64,000 bases of DNA from Candidatus Aenigmatarchaeota archaeon (GTDB lineage: Archaea; Aenigmatarchaeota; Aenigmatarchaeia; CG10238-14; SCSR01). Shown piece after piece: positions 10,809-19,395 of the stretch; within the stretch, counting starts at the first letter, position 1, and every line of letters begins with the position of its first letter. The stretch covers positions 193,713-257,712 of the forward strand of contig JAWBWS010000001.1 in assembly GCA_038999725.1 (NCBI GenBank). The letters run 5' to 3'. A model generated the notes under the pieces. That model did no database searches. It had not been told where the DNA came from and was given only the letters and a program-made list of their open reading frames with translations. Made by a program: the position numbers and the translations under genes.

Positions 10809-11111
10809 GTGAAACACATTATGAAGGAAAAATCACTTTTCATGTTGTTTTTGAGGCAAAAACCAGTCAAACTTCTGACTAGCTTAAGAAATGAACCAAA
10901 GTATGCTACTGTTTTATCAAAGGAAGTCGATCTCACTTATTCTCATACGGTCAAGCTTCTAGATCAATTCAAAAATTTTGGTCTTGTAGATTTCGAAAAA
11001 AAAGGAAGGATTAAGATAGTCAAGCTAACAGAATCAGGAGCAGATGTCGCAAAAGCTTTTGATGTAGTTCTGGGCAAGCTCTCTAAGATAAGATCAGTGG
11101 AGAAAAAATAA
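10809..11111 (+). CDS. Winged-helix DNA-binding protein
   Basis: YATVLSKEVDLTYSHTVKLL...GLVDFEKKGRIKIVKLTESG. Confidence 0.85.
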   Translation: MKHIMKEKSLFMLFLRQKPVKLLTSLRNEPKYATVLSKEVDLTYSHTVKLLDQFKNFGLVDFEKKGRIKIVKLTESGADVAKAFDVVLGKLSKIRSVEKK

Positions 11112-11114
11112 AAA

Positions 11115-11948
11115 TCACAATTCATCCAAAGGGCTTTTAATTTTCTTCAACTCCTCTCTTGAAATGTGAGTATAGATTTGAGTGGTATTAAGGGAGGAGT
11201 GCCCCAACAATTCTTGTATCTTTCTTATATTTTCTCCAGCTTCAAGCAAGTGGGTAGCAAAGGAGTGTCTAAATGTATGTGGACTAATTTTTTTATTTAT
11301 ATTGGCTTTTTTAATAGCACTCGCAACAATTTTTTGTATAGTTCTAGGGGAAATCTTTCCCTTTCTACCCTTAAAAACATACTCTTCAAGGCTTCTACCC
11401 TCAAGAAAACCTTTAATTTTTTCAACCACTCTTTCAGAAAGGATGAACATCCTATCTTTCTCCCCCTTCCCCGTTCTTACCCATCCAATTCTCTCTTCCA
11501 ATTCCAAATCCCCAACTCTTAAATTGATTAGTTCGCTTAATCTTAATCCAGAAGAATAGAGCATCATCACAATCAACTTATGCTTTTCATTTTCAATTGA
11601 ATCAATTATTTTTTTTACCTCTTCTCTTGTTAAAACTGTGGGGAGTTTCTTCGGAACTTTCGGAGATTTGAAGTTAACAATACCTTTTTTGAGGACTTCA
11701 TCATAAAAAAACTTTAGCGCAGCTTTTATCAAAACTATGGACTTAGGGGAGACACCTTCCTCCATTTTTTTCGCAATAAAAGCTTTTATGTCATCCTCAT
11801 TTACATCTTCAGGATTCTTTTTTATAAATTCTAGAAATTTTTGGTTGTAGAATAAATACATCTTTAAAGTCCTCTCGGAAAACCCTCTAAGTTTAATTTC
11901 ATTTTCTAGTTTTTGTAGAGCATCCATAATAAATTCATATGGAGTCAA
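11115..11948 (-). CDS. xerA: Tyrosine recombinase XerA
   Basis: N-terminal SAM-like domain; YSSGLRLSEL, GKGEKDR, HTFRHSFATH, LLGH, TTQIY. Confidence 0.9.
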   Translation of the reverse strand: MTPYEFIMDALQKLENEIKLRGFSERTLKMYLFYNQKFLEFIKKNPEDVNEDDIKAFIAKKMEEGVSPKSIVLIKAALKFFYDEVLKKGIVNFKSPKVPKKLPTVLTREEVKKIIDSIENEKHKLIVMMLYSSGLRLSELINLRVGDLELEERIGWVRTGKGEKDRMFILSERVVEKIKGFLEGRSLEEYVFKGRKGKISPRTIQKIVASAIKKANINKKISPHTFRHSFATHLLEAGENIRKIQELLGHSSLNTTQIYTHISREELKKIKSPLDEL

Positions 11949-11982
11949 AATATTTAATTTTCCTAAAAACTAAAATAGAAAA

Positions 11983-13188
11983 ATGAACATTTTAATCGAA
12001 AGGTTTAACTCCATACCATTATTTGAGCAAAAGACGGAGATAGTGGAGAGGAAGGGACTAGGTCACCCTGATTTCATTTGTGATTCTATAGTTGATAGGA
12101 TTTCTGTAGCTTTAAGTAAAGAATATCTCAAAAGATTTGGTCAAATTTTACATCACAATATAGATAAGGCTCTACTTGCAGCAGGAGAGGCAGAAAACAA
12201 GTTCGGCGGTGGTAAAATTCTTAAACCCATGAAGCTGATTATCGGTGACAGGGCAACCTATTTTGTTGGTGCCGAAGAAATTGATGTGAGCTCAATTGCG
12301 ATAAAAACTGCAAAAAACTGGATAAAAGAAAATCTGAGATTCCTTGATGCCGAAAAACATGTAGAATATCAGGTAGAGTTGAAGCAAGTTTCTGCAGCTT
12401 TGGCTGAAATTTTCAAAAAGAAGGATGAAATCCTTGGTGCAAATGATACTTCTGCTGTCGTTGGTTATGCTCCTTTAACACCAACAGAAAGAATTGTTCT
12501 AGAAACTGAAAAATTCCTAAATTCAAAGGAATTCAAGAAAAGATATCCAGAGTCAGGAGAAGACATCAAAGTTATGGGTTTGAGAGTCAACAACAATCTA
12601 GATCTTACAATAGCCATGGCTTTTATCGATCGTTTCATCGACTCAGAAGACACTTACTTCAAAAGAAAGGAGGAAATTTTAGAGGAGATTAAACAATTTC
12701 TAAAAGAAAAAACTGACTTTAATATAAAAGGAATTAAACTCAATACTCTAGACGAAAGAGGTAAGGGTGAAGCCGGTTTATTCTTAACCACAACAGGTAC
12801 TTGTGCCGAAGCTGCAGATTCAGGACAAGTTGGAAGGGGCAATAGGGTCAATGGAGTAATTTCTTTGAATAGACCAGCTGGAAATGAAGCCGGCCCAGGA
12901 AAAAATCCTGTAAGCCATGTAGGCAAAATCTACAACCTGCTTAGTCATGATATTGCAAACGAGATTTTTTCAAAAGTTAATGGGGTGAAAGAAGTTTATG
13001 TTTGGCTGTTAAGTGAGATAGGAAGGCCAATCAATGACCCAAAAATCGTGATAGTTCAATATATACCAGAAACTGAAAACAATCTTCAGAGAATACAGAA
13101 AGAAGCTGAAGAAATTGTTCAGAGCAGACTGGAGAACATTCAAAGCTTTTGTAAACTTTTGGCAGAGGGGAAGCTTAGCGTCTGTTAA
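11983..13188 (+). CDS. mat: S-adenosylmethionine synthetase (archaeal type)
   Basis: EIVERKGLGHPD, ANDTS, GEDIKVMG, DSGQVGRGNR, GKNPVSHVGKIYN. Confidence 0.95.
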   Translation: MNILIERFNSIPLFEQKTEIVERKGLGHPDFICDSIVDRISVALSKEYLKRFGQILHHNIDKALLAAGEAENKFGGGKILKPMKLIIGDRATYFVGAEEIDVSSIAIKTAKNWIKENLRFLDAEKHVEYQVELKQVSAALAEIFKKKDEILGANDTSAVVGYAPLTPTERIVLETEKFLNSKEFKKRYPESGEDIKVMGLRVNNNLDLTIAMAFIDRFIDSEDTYFKRKEEILEEIKQFLKEKTDFNIKGIKLNTLDERGKGEAGLFLTTTGTCAEAADSGQVGRGNRVNGVISLNRPAGNEAGPGKNPVSHVGKIYNLLSHDIANEIFSKVNGVKEVYVWLLSEIGRPINDPKIVIVQYIPETENNLQRIQKEAEEIVQSRLENIQSFCKLLAEGKLSVC

Positions 13189-13211
13189 AAATCAATTTTT
13201 TACTCTAAATT

Positions 13212-13239
13212 TATTCGTATAACGATTCTTATACGTAAA
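13212..13239. other. Putative dif (Xer recombination) site
   Basis: TATTCGTATAA-CGATTC-TTATACGTAAA: two 11-bp inverted arms (9/11 match) and a 6-bp spacer, ~1.3 kb from xerA. Confidence 0.75.
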
Positions 13240-13958
13240 AAAGGTGTTTTTAAGTGTTAAATGCGCCACTTCTTTAAAAAGATTGAGTAATTTTTTGATT
13301 GAATTTTGAGTTTTAAAGGTTTTATTTATAAAAACAAATTAAAGAAGGAAAGAAAAACGAAGAAATCAATACAAAGAGAGGCAAAAAACAGTTCTAATCA
13401 AATAGATTAAGTTTTTCAATCTATTTTTAATTAAGAATGCGCCAAAAATAGCAAAAAACAAAAAATTAGAGCTGTAAATTATAATTTAAACAAAAATAAC
13501 CAGTTTTTTATTAAAAATCTTGTTTAAATTATAATTTCAAGTAAAAAGCAAAACTAAATTTGGTCTAAATAAAATGCGCCAAATAATTTAAATAAACTGA
13601 GCAATTTGTTTAAAGTGAGAGTATGAAAAGTAAAATATACTTTATTTTAGATATTTTTTAAAATATATTAATGTGTATACAGATGATAAATGAAATATAT
13701 TTTGAAAAAGATGTTATAAAAAAGATGTCATAAAAAATATATATAAACAGAGAAATTTTTTTCAAAAGAAAATGTGAGAGTTTACCTTTTTCTATCTATA
13801 GTGAAATATATTTTAGAAAAAATATATTTTTTAACAAGCTTTACAAAAGAATCGTTTCTGTTAGAAAAAGTGAGAGTTGGTTGGGAAAAGGTTTCTTCGT
13901 TAAAAGTGAGAAAAGCTTAAAAGTAAGAGTTAAATATTCTGAAAAACAATATAAATTT
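13240..13958. promoter_or_regulatory. Long AT-rich non-coding region with several repeated motifs (candidate origin/segregation or regulatory hub)
   Basis: AATGCGCCA x3, 18-bp inverted repeat, TGAAATATATTTT x2, AAAGATGTYATAAAAAA x2, GTGAGAGT x3. Confidence 0.5.
13476..13537. repeat. Perfect 18-bp inverted repeat with 26-bp spacer
   Basis: AAATTATAATTTAAACAA (13476-13493) / TTGTTTAAATTATAATTT (13520-13537). Confidence 0.85.
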
Positions 13959-14645
13959 ATGTGGATTTTTGATCGTTTATTCAACATCTTTAGAAAAAAA
14001 GCGCCGCTTCAATCAGAATCAATCAATCACTCAATCAATCACTCAATCAATCACTCAATCAATCACTCAAAAGAAAGTTCGTCTATTGAATTACAGAAAG
14101 AATCTTTACAACTTGGTTTAGCAGCTGGTTATACGGGAAGATTGCTTAAGGAAATAGAATCCTCTTTAGTTCGTATAGAATCACAAATGAGTTCTAAGGA
14201 ATGGTTTATTGCCCAATTTGGTGATATAAAAAAGGTAGTTGAGCTTTTGGAGTCCATAAGAGATATATTAAAAACCCATGATGAACTTACTATGAGACAT
14301 TTTGAGATGATAGAAGACGCCCTTTTCTCCCTTCAAGGTGTTGCAAGGAAGGCACCAGAGCCAATAAGAAGAGAAATACTTACCCACATCAATTATATAG
14401 AATCTCACCTACCACTTACCCCCAAAATGAAGCAGCTGGAGGAGATAGTAAGGGAGATGGGTGAAATAAGCTATACAGACCTTGCAAATAGACTGGGAAT
14501 AACAGAATCTGCACTTAGAGGATTTTTAACCCAATGTATAAGAAGGGGGGTAAAAATCCAAAGATTTGAAAAAATGGGTAAAGGTTGGGTAAGATTCATT
14601 GAAAAGTCCGCCCAAATCAATCAATCACTCACTCAATCAGGCTGA
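13959..14645 (+). CDS. Hypothetical protein: N-terminal amphipathic helix, SINH repeats, coiled region, C-terminal HTH
   Basis: MWIFDRLFNIFRKK...; C-terminal ISYTDLANRLGITESALRGFL...GKGWVRF; ORF open from 13881, likely ATG at 13959. Confidence 0.75.
   Translation: MWIFDRLFNIFRKKAPLQSESINHSINHSINHSINHSKESSSIELQKESLQLGLAAGYTGRLLKEIESSLVRIESQMSSKEWFIAQFGDIKKVVELLESIRDILKTHDELTMRHFEMIEDALFSLQGVARKAPEPIRREILTHINYIESHLPLTPKMKQLEEIVREMGEISYTDLANRLGITESALRGFLTQCIRRGVKIQRFEKMGKGWVRFIEKSAQINQSLTQSG
14019..14070 (+). repeat. Tandem 12-bp repeat TCAATCAATCAC x4.3 (fifth copy at 14617-14628)
   Basis: Read directly from the sequence. Confidence 0.92.
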
Positions 14646-14653
14646 TTTACCTC

Positions 14654-14707
14654 TTTTTGCTAGATTTGTCATTTCCATTCCAAGGAGCATGGCAAATAGG
14701 GCAAAAA
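14654..14707 (+). terminator. Long hairpin just downstream of the HTH gene (terminator or structured RNA)
   Basis: TTTTTGCT..ATTTGTCAT TTCC / GGAG..ATGGCAAAT..GGCAAAAA. Confidence 0.4.
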
Positions 14708-14884
14708 CTTATTTGTTCATCTATACCCAACCTTATCAAAGAATGGCAATTTTCACAAGGTACATTTACCTTATACGAATATTGATTGACTATCTTGCCC
14801 AAATCGACACCGATATTTTAATATATAGTTTTCAAACTATTTAAAGCCAATACTCAGGCCTATCCTTCATAAAGTAGGTTAGAA

Positions 14885-15172
14885 TTACTTAATGTTTTCC
14901 AGTTTTTCCCTCACAGCCAAGTACCTGAAAATACCATTTATATCCGTTCCCGGTTTAAGTCTAACCATTTTAATATTGAAAGGTTCCATGGTTTGTATCT
15001 CAAGAAACATCTGAAGATGATTTTCAATAAGACGAGATACGGTTTTATGATGCAATTCCGTTCTTCTACTGATTTCTCTATACCAAAGCCAGCCTTCTTC
15101 TGCCTCCTTAAGGCAATTAATGATTTTAACTATGTTTTTAGCCAAATCTCTTCTCATAATACCTTTCCCCAA
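14885..15172 (-). CDS. Winged-helix/HTH protein
   Basis: WLWYREISRRTELHHKTVSRLI. Confidence 0.75.
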   Translation of the reverse strand: MGKGIMRRDLAKNIVKIINCLKEAEEGWLWYREISRRTELHHKTVSRLIENHLQMFLEIQTMEPFNIKMVRLKPGTDINGIFRYLAVREKLENIK

Positions 15173-15308
15173 AGTTATATAGGAACACCTGGCGCACTTT
15201 CATAAATTAGTTTTGTTTTTCCTATTTAAATGGATTAAATCTCAAATCTCAAATTTCAGATTCATCTTCTCTTTTTCCACACCCACCAATATAATTGTGT
15301 TCTTAACT

Positions 15309-15500
15309 TCATTTTTTTCTTTTTACCATTGGAAGAGAGGTTTTTGGGTTTTCAAAAACTTCGAACCCTTCTGGTAAATCTATTGCTCCCGATGGGTTTT
15401 TGGAAAAGAAAAACAGTATTGCACCCCCCTTACCCTCTCTACAATGAAGGTAATAAATCTGGCCCTTGCTATTGGTAAAGCTGAAGCCCATTGTTATCAC
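15309..15500 (-). CDS. Small hypothetical protein
   Basis: NSKGQIYYLH...FFFSK...DLPEGFEVFENPKTSLPMVKRK; follows map. Confidence 0.7.
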   Translation of the reverse strand: MITMGFSFTNSKGQIYYLHCREGKGGAILFFFSKNPSGAIDLPEGFEVFENPKTSLPMVKRKK

Positions 15501-15504
15501 TTCA

Positions 15505-16368
15505 TTATTTAACTATAATGGTTTCTTCAGTTTGGGCTACAGGAGCTCCACTTTCCTCTTTCAAAACAGGGTAAGCCTCTATAGCACCAACATCAACCAA
15601 TTGTTTTAAAGCCAACTCAAGCTTAGCTCCTGTTGCTATGTCCCTTAACCATCTCTTGGCAAAAGGCATGCCCATAAACACATTTTTTGCTCTTTCTAAA
15701 ATTTTCCTGGCTTCCCAAAGTCTTACAGGTCTTTCTTTTTTATATTTGTATATTAGTGTTTGACCCGTCTCTTTGACAAAGCCTGTACCATTTGTCGTAA
15801 AAACCTCGATTGCTATTACCTGACCTTCTTTGATTTGGTATTGAATGTTGTTTTTACTGTTCGGTATTGTTGGCTCAGCATGTTGTATGAATCTTTCAAG
15901 ACCATGACCCGAAAGATTGTAAATTGGATTCAAATCAAATTCTCCTATAACGTTTTCTATTATTTCTGAAATTTCACAAACTTTTATTCCAGGCCTGACA
16001 GCTTCTAGAGCATTTTCCAAAGCTTTTTTAGAAGCTTCTATCAATACATTGTTTTCATTCCCCACAACTACGGAGAAAGCCCTATCCCAAATGTAGCCAT
16101 CAACATGAACACCAAAATCAACTTTAACCAAATCTCCTTCTTTCAGAATGGTGGGATCATCCAAATCTGGAGTATAATGAGCGGCATTTTCATTTATTGA
16201 GATGTTTACAGGAAAAGCAAGCCCTCCTCCCAGTTTTTTTATTTCTTCTTCAATCTTTTCAGCAATTTCAATAATTTTTGCATTTTCCACAATTAACTTT
16301 CTTGAAAATTCCAAAACATTGTCAGAAACTTTCTTTGATTTCTCATATTTTTTCAAAATATCGTCCAT
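15505..16368 (-). CDS. map: Methionine aminopeptidase type II
   Basis: AFPVNISINENAAHYTP, DFGVHVDGYIWD, NLSGH, AIEVF, AQTEET. Confidence 0.95.
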   Translation of the reverse strand: MDDILKKYEKSKKVSDNVLEFSRKLIVENAKIIEIAEKIEEEIKKLGGGLAFPVNISINENAAHYTPDLDDPTILKEGDLVKVDFGVHVDGYIWDRAFSVVVGNENNVLIEASKKALENALEAVRPGIKVCEISEIIENVIGEFDLNPIYNLSGHGLERFIQHAEPTIPNSKNNIQYQIKEGQVIAIEVFTTNGTGFVKETGQTLIYKYKKERPVRLWEARKILERAKNVFMGMPFAKRWLRDIATGAKLELALKQLVDVGAIEAYPVLKEESGAPVAQTEETIIVK

Positions 16369-16429
16369 AATCTCATATTTTATCTCAGAAAGGATAAATT
16401 GTTTGAGTCAAAATTCGGAGTTAAAATTT

Positions 16430-16702
16430 TTAATCCTTGATTTTTAGAAAAGATTTGATTTCTTTCTTAAATGCTACTGGCAACAAACGAGCAATTTTTA
16501 CCGCAAAACACTTTTTTCTGACTCTTATGCTGCTTTTTTCAATTTTGAACGATATTAAACCTTTTTTGTGAAGATTTGAAAGAACATTCCTTACATTTCC
16601 ACCAGACATATTAAGCTTTTTAGAAATTTCATAGGTGTTTAAACCAGGATTGCTACAAATTAACTGGTAAACCTTATATTCAGCTTCTCCACGTTTTCGC
16701 AT
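16430..16702 (-). CDS. Winged-helix DNA-binding protein
   Basis: NPGLNTYEISKKLNMSGGNVRNVLSNLHKKGLI. Confidence 0.8.
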   Translation of the reverse strand: MRKRGEAEYKVYQLICSNPGLNTYEISKKLNMSGGNVRNVLSNLHKKGLISFKIEKSSIRVRKKCFAVKIARLLPVAFKKEIKSFLKIKD

Positions 16703-16724
16703 TACTACTCTCCAATTTAAAGAT

Positions 16725-17054
16725 TTGAATCAGTATATAAAAACTTTTCTACCAAGAAAAAAATTTATACTATTTGCAGCACATGTTGTAAATATGGTTA
16801 GAATACTCACAGAATTGGAGAAGACGATATTGCTTTCTGCCTTGATTTTAACTAAAGGTAATCCTAAAAAATCATTTAAAGAAGAAGAAATAGTCCTCAA
16901 GTTTCCAATGAGACAGAGAAAGACTGTGAGAAGATTTATTAAAAAATTGGTTAATGAGAGATACCTAGTTGAATCAGGGAAAAATTATAAACTTTCAGAA
17001 GAGGGATTAAATGTTGCCTCTAAACTTCTATATGAAGGAGGAACATTTGTTTGA
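16725..17054 (+). CDS. Hypothetical winged-helix-like protein (probable start ~16794)
   Basis: LTELEKTILL...VRRFIKKLVNERYL...YKLSEEG. Confidence 0.65.
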   Translation: MNQYIKTFLPRKKFILFAAHVVNMVRILTELEKTILLSALILTKGNPKKSFKEEEIVLKFPMRQRKTVRRFIKKLVNERYLVESGKNYKLSEEGLNVASKLLYEGGTFV

Positions 17055-17063
17055 GGAATTGAG

Positions 17064-18095
17064 ATGAAAGAAAGACTCAAAAAAGCACTTTTTTGGCAGA
17101 AAGAAAAGGTTGGGAATTCTTTTGGAATTAGATGCAACCTTTGCGCCAGAAGATGCTTTATTACAGAAGGAAACAGGGGATTTTGCATGACAAGAAAGAA
17201 TATTAAAAATAAACTTTTTGTTTTAAATTACGGAAAGGTTGTGGCTATTAATGTAGACCCAATAGAAAAAAAGCCACTTTATCATTTTTACCCCGGATCT
17301 TTTGCCTTGTCTTATTCTTGTGCTGGGTGTAATTGGGCATGTCAGTATTGTTGTAATTTTGATATCAGCCACATTAACTCACCAGAAGCTATTGGAAACA
17401 ATTTCGAACCAGAGCAAATAGTTGAAATGGCTGAAAGAGAAAATATTAAAATAATTAGTCACACTTATACTGAGCCAACTATTTTCTTTGAATTTGCTTA
17501 TGAAGTTGCTAAAATTGCCCATAAAAGGGGAATGAAGAATACTTTTGTTACAAATGGTTACATAACCGATGAGCCTTTGAGAAGGATTTCAAGATTTTTA
17601 GATGCGGCCACTGTTGATTTTAAAGCTTCTGGAGATGAAAATTTCCTGAAGAGATATGCTTCTGTACCCTCGATAAAGCCGGTTTTTGAGACTTTAAAAC
17701 TTATGAAAGAACTAAGGATTCACATGGAAATAACAAATCTTATAGTTCCGAAAATTGGAGAGGGAAAAGAGAAATTTAGGTATCTTGTGAATTGGATTTT
17801 AGAAAATCTAGGTCCTTACACACCACTTCATATAATAAGATTTTTTCCAAGCCATAGGATGACTAACTTAGAACCAACACCAATTCAAACGCTTGAAAAT
17901 CTAGCTAAAGAGGCAAGAGAAACTGGGTTGAAATATGTTTATGTTGGCAATGTTCCTGGGCATGAATGGGAAAACACACATTGTCTGAATTGTGGGAATT
18001 TGTTAATTGAAAGATTCGGATTTGAAGTGAGATTAAACTTAAAAGATGGTAAATGTCCAAAGTGTGGTAAAAAGCCTAAGGGATTTATATTATGA
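17064..18095 (+). CDS. AmmeMemoRadiSam radical SAM enzyme (PFL-activase-like)
   Basis: CNLCARRC, DPIEKKPLYHF, CNWACQYC (CxxxCxxC), YTEPT, C-terminal Zn ribbon. Confidence 0.92.
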   Translation: MKERLKKALFWQKEKVGNSFGIRCNLCARRCFITEGNRGFCMTRKNIKNKLFVLNYGKVVAINVDPIEKKPLYHFYPGSFALSYSCAGCNWACQYCCNFDISHINSPEAIGNNFEPEQIVEMAERENIKIISHTYTEPTIFFEFAYEVAKIAHKRGMKNTFVTNGYITDEPLRRISRFLDAATVDFKASGDENFLKRYASVPSIKPVFETLKLMKELRIHMEITNLIVPKIGEGKEKFRYLVNWILENLGPYTPLHIIRFFPSHRMTNLEPTPIQTLENLAKEARETGLKYVYVGNVPGHEWENTHCLNCGNLLIERFGFEVRLNLKDGKCPKCGKKPKGFIL

Positions 18096-18106
18096 GATTG
18101 AAATAA

Positions 18107-18409
18107 ATGATTATTATGGTGACAAAAAGTCAAGTGTTGGGAGTTTTAAAAAAATGTTTTGATCCAGAGATACCAATCAATGTGGTTGATTTAGGTTTAA
18201 TTTATGATGTGAAAGTTAAAGAGGGGGATGTTAAAATTAAAATGGGTCTGACATCACCAGGATGTCCTATGCAATCCTTTATTGTTGAAGATATAAGAAG
18301 TAAGATTTCTAAAATAAAAGGTGTGAAAAAGGTTGATATTGAGATTAGTTCGGAATCATGGTCTCCTGATAGGATATCAAAAAAAGCTAAAAAGAAATTG
18401 GGGTGGTGA
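18107..18409 (+). CDS. DUF59/SufT-like Fe-S cluster assembly protein
   Basis: DPEIPINVVDLGLIY, LTSPGCP, WSPDRIS. Confidence 0.92.
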   Translation: MIIMVTKSQVLGVLKKCFDPEIPINVVDLGLIYDVKVKEGDVKIKMGLTSPGCPMQSFIVEDIRSKISKIKGVKKVDIEISSESWSPDRISKKAKKKLGW

Positions 18410-18410
18410 G

Positions 18411-18650
18411 ATGGTTTATAAAATTGTGCATGAAAAAAATGCGTGTGTAGGATGTGGCGCATGTGTAGCCGCTTGTGAAAAATTTTGGAGTTTGAAAGAA
18501 GGGAAGTCGAGTTTAAAGGGTGCCAAGAAAGTTGGTTTGAAGTTCGAGCTTGAAGTTGATAAGCTAGATTGCATCAAAGATGCTGCGGAAGTTTGTCCCG
18601 TGAATTGTATACACATAATTGACTTGAAATCAGGCAAAAAGATTATTTAG
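18411..18650 (+). CDS. Ferredoxin (single 4Fe-4S/3Fe-4S cluster type)
   Basis: CVGCGACVAAC...AAEVCPVNCI; ATG at 18411 after GGTGA. Confidence 0.88.
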   Translation: MVYKIVHEKNACVGCGACVAACEKFWSLKEGKSSLKGAKKVGLKFELEVDKLDCIKDAAEVCPVNCIHIIDLKSGKKII

Positions 18651-19395
18651 ACTTTGGTTTGGATTTTTTGAATTTTACAAAAATCCAGGCTACGATTAAT
18701 ATCAAACCGAAAATAAGGAAGATCTTGAAGACCGAGTTAAGCTGATTAAAGATCAAGTTTAATGCATCTTCACTTATTGGCGTTTCTTTTAAAATTCTTT
18801 CTAAAACAAATCTTTTGAAGTATGGTAAGAAAAAGTAAAATATTCCTATGGAAAGAAATTCAAAGCCAAAAGTTCTTGCTCTGCCTGACCAAGTTTCTAT
18901 TGATAGAAAGAGTAAGACACCGAATATTATTGTCAATATGAAGATGGGGAGAATGATACTATTGAAAAATTTATGAGCTTTTAAACTGAAGAAAACCAGA
19001 ATATCTTCACCAGATCTTATTTCTCTTACACACTCAGGTATTTCACATTCATAATCTTTAAAGTATAGTTGATCAAAAAACTTCTTTGCTATTAGATCGA
19101 CCATGTAAGTTGAGTTTGTATTTGCAATTTCAGAACATTTCAAGCTGATGTTGTTTGGTAGCTGAACAGATTCATTTACACCAAGGCTACAATATACTGT
19201 TATTTTTTTGTAAATTTCTTCAATTTCTTGGGTTTTATTCTTTAACACAGTTTCTTTAAAGAGGATGGTGTAAAGATTTTTTGCATTATTATAGTTAGTG
19301 AGATTGTAAAAGAAGAATGTTAAGATTGATAAGAATAAAAAAAGTGAGAAAAGGGAGAATGTTACAGTTTTTGCTATATTTCTTATTAGTCCCAT
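18643..19395 (-). CDS. Hypothetical multi-pass membrane protein
   Basis: About 4 hydrophobic segments and a Cys-containing extracellular loop. Confidence 0.75.
   Translation of the reverse strand: MGLIRNIAKTVTFSLFSLFLFLSILTFFFYNLTNYNNAKNLYTILFKETVLKNKTQEIEEIYKKITVYCSLGVNESVQLPNNISLKCSEIANTNSTYMVDLIAKKFFDQLYFKDYECEIPECVREIRSGEDILVFFSLKAHKFFNSIILPIFILTIIFGVLLFLSIETWSGRARTFGFEFLSIGIFYFFLPYFKRFVLERILKETPISEDALNLIFNQLNSVFKIFLIFGLILIVAWIFVKFKKSKPKSK

Noticed and set aside
11115..11948. Integrase of a provirus or integron
   Set aside because: It is flanked by housekeeping genes with no att repeats, attC arrays or viral genes; a chromosomal XerA with a nearby dif fits better.
13240..13958. Canonical ORB-type replication origin
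   Set aside because: No recognisable TCCA..GGA/G-string ORB boxes and no cdc6/orc1 nearby; kept only as an unexplained motif-rich region.
14019..14070. CRISPR array
   Set aside because: 12-bp tandem units with no spacers and no cas genes.
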